IMG/VR virus record: IMGVR_UViG_2778261344_000007
Location: 1 to 4,692 of that record
Length of the DNA stretch: 4,692 nt
Direction: 5' to 3' (one strand)
Origin: a virus
Taxonomy: Duplodnaviria; Heunggongvirae; Uroviricota; Caudoviricetes
The notes under the pieces are model-generated. The model made no database searches, was not told the DNA's origin, and saw only the letters and a program-made list of their open reading frames with translations. The position numbers were made by a program, and so were the translations under genes. Of the stretch, positions 1 to 4,627 are shown piece after piece; within the stretch, counting starts at the first letter, position 1, and every line of letters starts with the position of its first letter.

Positions 1-53
1 CTTGCCCACTCGTTATATTTTTCCGCATTAATGGCTTTCTGTGTATTTAACAT
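1..53 (-). CDS. hypothetical protein, 5' end only (17 codons; gene runs off the window start)
   Basis: Minus-strand ATG at 51-53 preceded by GGAGG (plus 61-65, read as CCTCC) with a 7-nt spacer. Frame stays open to position 1 (MLNTQKAINAEKYNEWA...). Too short to name. Confidence 0.4.
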   Translation of the reverse strand, partial: MLNTQKAINAEKYNEWA

Positions 54-158
54 AAATATACCTCCAGTTAAGGATTAAATTTTATTTACAGTGCTGAACT
101 TAATTATTCAGATTTGGATTATGCTTTCTCTTCACGAAGTTCCGATTGTTAATTTGGC

Positions 159-581
159 TCACAACAGCACCTTCTGAAAATTACCCTGATAGAAAGCCAG
201 TACACGCTGCATAGCTTCGCTCTTCCGGCACTCGCTACAGATTATGTTCAGACGCCTGTCGTAGCGGCGTATTTCTCCGTCTGGTAATGACCAGATAAGA
301 TCCGGATCAACCACAACCGGTTTCTTCACCTTTGCCCTTGATAGTTTTTTGCGGGCGTTTTGCCAGTCTTTACGCGCCTGCTCAGACGGGAATAATCCGT
401 AGCCTGAATTGTAAACATCACCACTGGCGACCAGTTCTCTGGCGAGAGTGCTTATGTAATACCTTGATGCACCGGTTTTAGCCTCCAGAGCCCGTAACGT
501 CTCGCGACCGCTCAGACGTACAAGTTCAACAACCTGCCCTTTAATTTTTTCCCGCTCTTCTGGTGTAAATACTTTTGCCAT
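159..581 (-). CDS. Ren-like protein, 140 aa (N-terminal winged-helix-like region, C-terminal ECRKSEAMQRVLAFY motif)
   Basis: ORF-track frame 159..596; start placed at ATG 579-581 because GGAGG lies 5 nt upstream (plus 587-591). The C-terminus ...CSECRKSEAMQRVLAFYQG resembles my recollection of the phage lambda Ren C-terminus (...KECRQSAAMKRVLAVYG). Position distal to the replication genes matches lambda ren. Recollection not verified by search. Confidence 0.7.
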   Translation of the reverse strand: MAKVFTPEEREKIKGQVVELVRLSGRETLRALEAKTGASRYYISTLARELVASGDVYNSGYGLFPSEQARKDWQNARKKLSRAKVKKPVVVDPDLIWSLPDGEIRRYDRRLNIICSECRKSEAMQRVLAFYQGNFQKVLL

Positions 582-596
582 AGGTGCCTCCGGCAA

Positions 597-1358
597 TCAC
601 TTTTCCGACACAATACGACTGGAGGAATCGAAAATCTGTCGAACAATATCCCGGTGCTTGTTCAGCTCCCGCAGCGCGGCGCAGACTCGCTCCCACTTCT
701 GGACATGATTTTTCGCCCGACGCAGTTCGCGGTTTGCCATATGCAGCGATGGTAAAACCAGGTCATCCGCTCGCGTTTCAGTAAACGATGGCAGCGACTG
801 CACAATGTCCGCCACCGTTTCTGTTTTAATATCTTCCTGTGTTGCAGCCTCCTGTACTGGTAACGCAACACCTGTGGGCTGAGGAAAGGCCTTACCATCA
901 GTTTCCGCTACCGATGCTGCTTTCGGCTCTGCTGGTAAATTATCGCCCGGTATGCAGTAACGAAATTTACCGTTCTGGTTTACGCGAATCAGGCGTCCTT
1001 TGCTGATAGCCATTGCCAGCGTTGAAGCTACTTTGCGTGATGTGGTACCGAACAATGTAGCCAACTCATCCGCCGTTTGTGGGCCACGTTGTTCAATCGT
1101 CGCGGTTAAATCGCACTCTGAGATTTTCGCTACTGTTGCCATGGTGGTTTCTTCCGGCAGCTCTGCCGGCGCTGGCTGTTCCTGCTGAACGTTGTTATCA
1201 GCCACGCGCCAGGTGTATACGCTTTTATCAACGAAGCCAGCCTTTTTCAGTTCCCACAGCTCGTTCAGCACTTCTTCTCGACTGATATCAAGTCGCGTAG
1301 CCAGTTCTACCGACGTGGCTTTTCCCATCGCTTTCAGTGCGTCAAAAACGGTCTCCAT
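597..1358 (-). CDS. prophage protein with two winged-helix-like domains, an acidic/Pro-rich linker and a basic helical C-terminus (DUF1627-like), 253 aa
   Basis: ORF-track frame 597..1409; start placed at ATG 1356-1358 (METVFDALK...) because GGGAGG lies 8 nt upstream (plus 1367-1372), whereas the longer start at 1409 has no RBS and would overlap ydaV by 29 nt. Two HTH-like segments are readable ([30 protein letters not shown] and [32 protein letters not shown]). Family assignment is from memory. Confidence 0.75.
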   Translation of the reverse strand: METVFDALKAMGKATSVELATRLDISREEVLNELWELKKAGFVDKSVYTWRVADNNVQQEQPAPAELPEETTMATVAKISECDLTATIEQRGPQTADELATLFGTTSRKVASTLAMAISKGRLIRVNQNGKFRYCIPGDNLPAEPKAASVAETDGKAFPQPTGVALPVQEAATQEDIKTETVADIVQSLPSFTETRADDLVLPSLHMANRELRRAKNHVQKWERVCAALRELNKHRDIVRQIFDSSSRIVSEK

Positions 1359-1380
1359 TAAAATTTCCTCCCGGTAAAAA

Positions 1381-2127
1381 TTACTTCTCAATACCTGGCT
1401 GACCAACATTCGGGCGCCAGCTCTCCCAGTTAAAATTCACCCAGCGCCCGCCGTTCATGGTCATGCGATCCATAATCCGCTCGCCGAGCAATGTTTTCAT
1501 GGCCTCATAGTTCAGGTTTGTCAGCATCCCCACGCTGCGCATTGACGCTGTCCGGCGATCAACAATCTGGTGCAGTACCACCTGCTCGTTTTTCGTCTCG
1601 CGCTGAATACCAATTTCATCAAGAACCAGCAGATCAACTTCGCACAGTTCCCGCAAAAATTTTTCGCCTGACTGCCCGTCGTCATAGCTGGCGTGCAGGG
1701 CGCTCATAACATCAGCCACGGTAACCACAATCACTGTCTGGCCATCTTTCAGCAGGCGATTCCCGATAGCCGCCGCCAGATGGTTTTTTCCGGTACCAGG
1801 TTTTCCGCTGAACGCGAAATTTGTGCATCCGGTAACCAGTTCGTCAGCGATAGATTTCGCCTGACTCAACGCGTATCGCTGGCCGTCGTTCTGCACCTGG
1901 TAATTCGCAAACGAGCATTTGCGGTGCAACGGCTGTATGCCGGAGCGATTCAGGATTTTTTCCACCCGCAACTGACGATTCTGACGGTTGATCTCCTCAC
2001 AACGTTTCTGGCCTTCTGCAAGTTGCCACTCGCGCCACTCCGCCACCGTCCTGAATGGCGCGGTTACATGTGGCGGGGCCAGTCTGCGGATACGTTCCAG
2101 AACGCCGCCTGTCGCAATATTTTTCAT
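1381..2127 (-). CDS. ydaV: DnaC/IstB-like AAA+ ATPase, putative replicative helicase loader (lambda P analogue by position)
   Basis: 248-aa ORF with Walker [12 protein letters not shown] and Walker [10 protein letters not shown] readable in translation. ATG 2125-2127 with AGGGGG upstream; starts 6 nt after the ydaU stop. Length and context match Rac prophage YdaV as I recall it. Confidence 0.88.
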   Translation of the reverse strand: MKNIATGGVLERIRRLAPPHVTAPFRTVAEWREWQLAEGQKRCEEINRQNRQLRVEKILNRSGIQPLHRKCSFANYQVQNDGQRYALSQAKSIADELVTGCTNFAFSGKPGTGKNHLAAAIGNRLLKDGQTVIVVTVADVMSALHASYDDGQSGEKFLRELCEVDLLVLDEIGIQRETKNEQVVLHQIVDRRTASMRSVGMLTNLNYEAMKTLLGERIMDRMTMNGGRWVNFNWESWRPNVGQPGIEK

Positions 2128-2133
2128 GGTCTG

Positions 2134-2922
2134 TTACCCCCTGAAGCCTGGCGGGATCGCACTGTCCGGAAACGAGACGGTGTTAATCTGTCGGAGCAAC
2201 GTCTCTGGCCGAACACCTTTCGGCGCGAACAAGCCCTGGTATTCATTGGCGATGCTGTGTCGAATCACCTGCTCAGGTGAAAAACCCTGCTGGCGGAATT
2301 TTTCCAGCTCCCGTATCGCCCCGTTAGCGCCCTGCTCCGTTCGAATCGGTTTTCGCAATGCCTGCCTGAACTGAACCCACTCATGCCAGAGTGTTTCCGG
2401 CAACCAGTCAGGCAGCTCGATAGCCTCCGGTTCGAATTTTTTAGACGCTCGTTTTTGGCGAGGGGGATTTAGGGGGAGATAAGTATTTATATCTTCCTCT
2501 TTCTCTTCCTCTGGTAACGCTTTTTGATCCGTTTTTGTAACGCTGGCAGCGTTACCTTTTCGTTTCAGTTCTCGTATTTTTGTTACTCTCTCGTTTGTAA
2601 CCGCCCGTTTTTTAGAGCTTTTCCCGTTATGGCGCTCAAAGTTAGGAAGCGACAACACACCATTAGTTTCGACCAGCCATCCAACCTGAATTAACGCATC
2701 AGCAAAACCAGCCATAAAAGTGATGCGATCTATTGCACTTTTTGTAACGCCGCGAGCGTTACACTCTGCGTTACCGTCTATCATTTGTTGATCCGCCCAT
2801 GCCCAGAAGCGAATGACTTTCCCTAATGCGGCATCTGGATCAATATTCAGAATCTCAGCAAGCCTGAATATTTCCGGCTTATCCGGCGTAATAACTTCGA
2901 GCTTTATCCAGTTTGAAGCCAT
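2134..2922 (-). CDS. ydaU: putative replication initiation protein, YdaU family (lambda O analogue by position)
   Basis: 262-aa ORF, ATG 2920-2922 with AGGTGA about 7 nt upstream. Two-domain layout with a charged low-complexity linker (KSSKKRAVTNERVTKIRELKRKG...EEEKEED) whose coding DNA carries the palindrome/T-tract cluster. Lies directly upstream of the DnaC-like gene. Symbol assigned by synteny and length class, not by search. Confidence 0.8.
   Translation of the reverse strand: MASNWIKLEVITPDKPEIFRLAEILNIDPDAALGKVIRFWAWADQQMIDGNAECNARGVTKSAIDRITFMAGFADALIQVGWLVETNGVLSLPNFERHNGKSSKKRAVTNERVTKIRELKRKGNAASVTKTDQKALPEEEKEEDINTYLPLNPPRQKRASKKFEPEAIELPDWLPETLWHEWVQFRQALRKPIRTEQGANGAIRELEKFRQQGFSPEQVIRHSIANEYQGLFAPKGVRPETLLRQINTVSFPDSAIPPGFRG
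2514..2622. other. candidate replication origin: cluster of GTAAC/GTTAC half-sites with T-tracts inside the ydaU linker-coding DNA
   Basis: GTAAC at 2514, 2537 and 2597, GTTAC at 2551 and 2582; T4-T6 runs at 2521, 2532, 2557, 2577, 2608 and 2619. Just upstream lie GGGGGATTTAGGGGGAG (2462-2478) and an AT-rich/polypyrimidine stretch (2479-2510). Confidence 0.35.
2536..2556. repeat. palindrome copy 1: TGTAACGC-TGGCA-GCGTTAC (inside ydaU, codons 123-130 GNAASVTK)
   Basis: Arms of 8 bp read directly; the reverse complement matches. Confidence 0.85.
2743..2763. repeat. palindrome copy 2: TGTAACGC-CGCGA-GCGTTACA (inside ydaU, codons 54-61 CNARGVTK)
   Basis: Perfect 8-bp arms, 5-bp centre, read directly. 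Confidence 0.85.
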
Positions 2923-2934
2923 TTGTTTTCACCT

Positions 2935-2955
2935 TGTAACGCTCGCAGCGTTACA
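2935..2955. repeat. palindrome copy 3: TGTAACGC-TCGCA-GCGTTACA (non-coding, ends 2 nt before the ydaU Shine-Dalgarno)
   Basis: Perfect 8-bp arms read directly; located in the 77-bp ydaT-ydaU spacer. Confidence 0.85.
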
Positions 2956-2964
2956 TTTAACTGA

Positions 2965-2986
2965 TACCGAACAAAACAGTTCGGTA
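2965..2986 (-). other. hairpin TACCGAAC-AAAACA-GTTCGGTA in the ydaT-ydaU spacer (8-bp stem, 6-nt loop, no U-tract)
   Basis: Perfect 8-bp inverted repeat read directly; lies between the ydaT stop (3000) and palindrome copy 3. Confidence 0.4.
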
Positions 2987-2999
2987 CGATTAATTTCAA

Positions 3000-3422
3000 T
3001 CAATGCACTACGACAGAATCGCTAGGAGAACCGCCGCCGCTGAAATGTGCTTTACGGTAAACGGCCTGGACTGCATCATCATGCGCATCAATTGCCGTAC
3101 TCAGTGCATCCTGTGCCGCCAGTAATGCACGGCGTTCCAGGGTATCGAAGATGCAGAGTCGGTGACGCAGCTCGCGAGGAAGAATTGCCAGAACCGCAGG
3201 GATCAGTTTCTGAATTTTTTCCCTTTGCGCATTCGTTTCACCTTTCAACCAACGATGATAGATATTCTGCTGATTGTTCCAGTCCTTGCCTGGTACCAGG
3301 GGCAATTCGCCGCCCCCCTGGCGCAGATATTCTTCAGTAATTGCGTTAGCGACCCACGCCTGCCCTTTTTCGGCTGCCAGGGCTAACAACACTGATTCGA
3401 TGTGCTCATGCTTGATTTTCAT
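3000..3422 (-). CDS. ydaT: YdaT-family protein (CII-like regulator of Rac-type prophages; historically annotated as a toxin)
   Basis: 140-aa ORF beginning MKIKHEHIESV..., which I recognise from memory as YdaT of the E. coli Rac prophage (unverified). ATG 3420-3422 overlaps the ydaS TGA 3419-3421 (ATGA coupling); GGGAG lies 7-8 nt upstream. Confidence 0.88.
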   Translation of the reverse strand: MKIKHEHIESVLLALAAEKGQAWVANAITEEYLRQGGGELPLVPGKDWNNQQNIYHRWLKGETNAQREKIQKLIPAVLAILPRELRHRLCIFDTLERRALLAAQDALSTAIDAHDDAVQAVYRKAHFSGGGSPSDSVVVH

Positions 3423-3429
3423 GAATCAA
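3412..3429. promoter_or_regulatory. perfect inverted repeat TTGATT-N6-AATCAA centred on the ydaS stop / ydaT start overlap
   Basis: TTGATT 3412-3417, ttcatg 3418-3423, AATCAA 3424-3429, read directly. A weaker relative (ACGATT-N6-AATCAA, 2986-3003) overlaps the ydaT stop. Confidence 0.4.
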
Positions 3430-3673
3430 CTCCCATCAGCTTTTTCGTAGTAGTTTTATTTCTGCCAATAGTTAAAATTGCATCGGCAGAAAATAATCCG
3501 TTTGATGCATGAGCGATTTTTTCAGCGTAATTTGTTTCGCCGGTATATTCTGTGCGAGGCAATTTACCGTTATCCATCCATTTGTAGATTGCTCTTTGGC
3601 TGACACCACAAACGTCGGCCACAACAGAAACGCGAACAGTTTTGATTACATCTTCAAGTGTTTTCTGGTTCAT
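3419..3673 (-). CDS. ydaS: Cro-like small HTH regulator (YdaS-like), 84 aa
   Basis: ORF-track frame 3419..3745; start placed at ATG 3671-3673 (MNQKTLEDV...) because GAGGGTGA lies 5 nt upstream, whereas the ATG at 3745 has no RBS and sits inside the repressor promoter. HTH-like segment VADVCGVSQRAIYKWMDNGKLP. First gene of the operon, divergent from the repressor. Symbol by synteny. Confidence 0.75.
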   Translation of the reverse strand: MNQKTLEDVIKTVRVSVVADVCGVSQRAIYKWMDNGKLPRTEYTGETNYAEKIAHASNGLFSADAILTIGRNKTTTKKLMGVDS

Positions 3674-3697
3674 ATCACCCTCACAATGTGAACTTTG

Positions 3698-3732
3698 AGT
3701 ACATGCTATAACAGAACTGACAGTACATTCAA
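3698..3732 (-). promoter_or_regulatory. candidate early-right promoter (PR-like) for the ydaS operon: -35 TTGAAT (plus 3727-3732), 16-bp spacer, extended -10 TGtTATAGC (plus 3705-3713)
   Basis: Read on the minus strand; would give a leader of about 25 nt containing the ydaS RBS. The -10 is imperfect (ends in C). Confidence 0.4.
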
Positions 3733-3753
3733 GAGCGAATATCATTGAACTTA
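3717..3753 (+). promoter_or_regulatory. candidate repressor-maintenance promoter (PRM-like): -35 CTGACA 3717-3722, 17-bp spacer, -10 TATCAT 3740-3745; predicted start at or beside the racR ATG (leaderless mRNA)
   Basis: Hexamers and spacing read directly; the -10 ends 7 nt before the ATG at 3753 and no RBS is present. Lambda cI mRNA from PRM is leaderless (established), which gives a precedent. Confidence 0.45.
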
Positions 3754-4172
3754 TGGTTCATGAAGATAAAGCGCGTAAAGAGTTCGCCAGTAGGCTTGCG
3801 CTAGCCTGTGAAAACGCTGGTTATGAACAACATGGAAGGCAGGCAGAAATTGCCCGTCGAATGAAATTAACACCAAAAGCGGTTAGCAAATGGTTTAATG
3901 GTGAAACAATTCCTCGCCGAGAGAAATTAAGGGAATTAGCAACACTCATTGGAACAACACCAACCTATCTTTTGGGAGAGGATACAGAAGAAAGTGGACA
4001 GATACGTTTCTATCAGGAGTTAAATCCAAGACAAAAAATCATCATTGACCTTCTGGACGAGCTCCCTGACAGTGAGACAGATGAACTTTTAAAAACTCTT
4101 GAGGAGAAAAAACAGAAGTACAATGCAATTTACGAAGAGTTAGCACGAAAGAAAAAACAAAAAGCCTCTTAA
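3753..4172 (+). CDS. racR: CI-like prophage repressor, XRE-family HTH with a charged helical C-terminus (RacR-like), 139 aa
   Basis: ORF with HTH segment QAEIARRMKLTPKAVSKWFNGETIPRREKLRELATLIG, divergent from the cro-like gene. No Shine-Dalgarno precedes the ATG at 3753, but a good -10 ends 7 nt upstream. Symbol is positional (racR-ydaS-ydaT-ydaU-ydaV order). My memory of K-12 RacR length differs, so this may be a variant repressor. Confidence 0.8.
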   Translation: MVHEDKARKEFASRLALACENAGYEQHGRQAEIARRMKLTPKAVSKWFNGETIPRREKLRELATLIGTTPTYLLGEDTEESGQIRFYQELNPRQKIIIDLLDELPDSETDELLKTLEEKKQKYNAIYEELARKKKQKAS

Positions 4173-4182
4173 ACCAGCATAA

Positions 4183-4220
4183 ATCCGGTAGCGTCCCCCT
4201 CCGGGTTTGTGCTTCACTTT
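4183..4220 (+). terminator. weak candidate terminator after racR: stem ATCCGG / CCGGGT (4183-4188 and 4201-4206, one G-U pair), 12-nt loop, then T-rich TTGTGCTTCACTTT
   Basis: Hairpin begins 11 nt after the racR stop. The stem is short, the loop long and the T-run interrupted, so this is weak. Confidence 0.25.
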
Positions 4221-4247
4221 ATCCCGTCTCATTTTTTTATACATAAA

Positions 4248-4291
4248 ATGTACTTAAAGTACTTTACAATGATGAACACAAAGTACATTAT
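4248..4291 (+). promoter_or_regulatory. operator/promoter cluster downstream of the repressor (OL/PL-like): inverted site 4248-4262 containing palindrome GTACTTAAAGTAC, direct site GAACACAAAGTACAT 4274-4288, candidate -35 TTTACA 4263-4268 and -10 CATTAT 4286-4291
   Basis: Motif copies read directly. Hexamers are moderate matches with a 17-bp spacer, oriented toward the small ORFs at 4464 onward. Confidence 0.4.
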
Positions 4292-4463
4292 ATACCTACC
4301 AACCCACCCCGCCCCACAGAACGCCGGGCAATACTTCGAGTTACCAGGCAGTGGTCAGGGGTTAAGTAGCCAGCCCGAGGCGTATGAACATGACGGCGGG
4401 ATTCAAATTTTGCAGTGCAGCAGTTAGTTCCGCCACCCGGCGTTAAGGGGAAATGAGGTCAAC

Positions 4464-4616
4464 ATGGATACTATCGATCTTGGCAACAACGAATCTCTGG
4501 TATGTGGCGTGTTTCCCAATCAGGACGGCACATTCACCGCCATGACGTATACCAAAAGCAAATCGTTTAAAACCGAAGCTGGCGCGCATCGCTGGTTAGC
4601 AAGAAACTCCGACTAA
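4464..4616 (+). CDS. small early-left protein, 50 aa (MDTIDLGNNESLVCGVFPNQDGTFTAMTYTKSKSFKTEAGAHRWLARNSD)
   Basis: ATG 4464-4466 with GAGG (4455-4458) 5 nt upstream; below the ORF-track size cutoff. Position corresponds to the small ydaG/ydaF genes next to racR in Rac, but I cannot say which. Confidence 0.6.
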   Translation: MDTIDLGNNESLVCGVFPNQDGTFTAMTYTKSKSFKTEAGAHRWLARNSD

Positions 4617-4627
4617 TGAGGTTGACG

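Larger units (their letters stand above)
3690..3761. promoter_or_regulatory. operator-like direct repeats GAAC-N4-AGTACAT: 3690-3704 GAACTTTGAGTACAT, 3714-3728 GAACTGACAGTACAT, degenerate 3747-3761 GAACTTATGGTTCAT
   Basis: Two near-identical 15-mers 24 bp apart overlap the -35/-10 elements of both divergent promoters; a third degenerate copy covers the racR start codon. The same 15-mer recurs at 4274-4288. Confidence 0.5.

Noticed and set aside
584-1377. Plus- and minus-strand ORFs inside the DUF1627-like gene (584..784, 662..898, 1000..1188, 1079..1285, 1192..1377)
   Set aside because: All are embedded in, or antisense to, a gene with a strong RBS and coherent domain structure; none has its own translation signals.
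1359-1409. Longer start for the DUF1627-like gene at 1409 ([17 protein letters not shown] extension)
   Set aside because: No RBS, and it would overlap the ydaV 3' end by 29 nt, whereas the ATG at 1358 has GGGAGG at ideal spacing.
1693-2374. Plus-strand ORFs 1693..2280 (195 aa) and 1988..2374 (128 aa)
   Set aside because: They lie antisense to the well-supported ydaV and ydaU genes, have no RBS, and their translations are low-complexity (Ser/Arg/Pro-rich) with no domain features; shadow ORFs.
2462-2478. GGGGGATTTAGGGGGAG direct repeat as an independent element (for example a G-quadruplex or binding site)
   Set aside because: Only two short G5 runs, which encode the Pro-rich LPLNPP segment on the coding strand; listed only as part of the origin-like region.
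2965-2986. Intrinsic terminator between ydaT and ydaU
   Set aside because: The hairpin is perfect but is followed on the transcript by CAGUUAAAUG, not a U-tract, and the next gene has coupled translation signals.
3047-3386. Plus-strand ORFs 3047..3340 and 3162..3386
   Set aside because: Antisense to ydaT, no RBS, translations Pro/His/Arg-rich without structure; shadow ORFs.
3000-3673. ydaS-ydaT as a classical type II toxin-antitoxin (defence/addiction) module
   Set aside because: Gene order, operon position and overlapping operators fit a Cro/CII-like regulatory pair; I could see no toxin catalytic motif in YdaT. Not excluded, only judged less likely.
3674-3745. Longer start for the ydaS-like gene at 3745 (108-aa form)
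   Set aside because: The ATG sits inside the repressor -10 region with no RBS; the ATG at 3673 has GAGGGTGA 5 nt upstream and leaves a normal divergent promoter region.
4209-4427. ORF 4209..4427 (+), 72 aa
   Set aside because: It starts within the post-repressor hairpin, runs across the operator/promoter cluster and has no RBS; its translation is low-complexity. More likely non-coding leader DNA.
4384-4446. 20-codon ORF MNMTAGFKFCSAAVSSATRR with GAGG 3 nt upstream
   Set aside because: Too short and spacing too tight to call a gene from sequence alone; kept only as a note in the leader finding.
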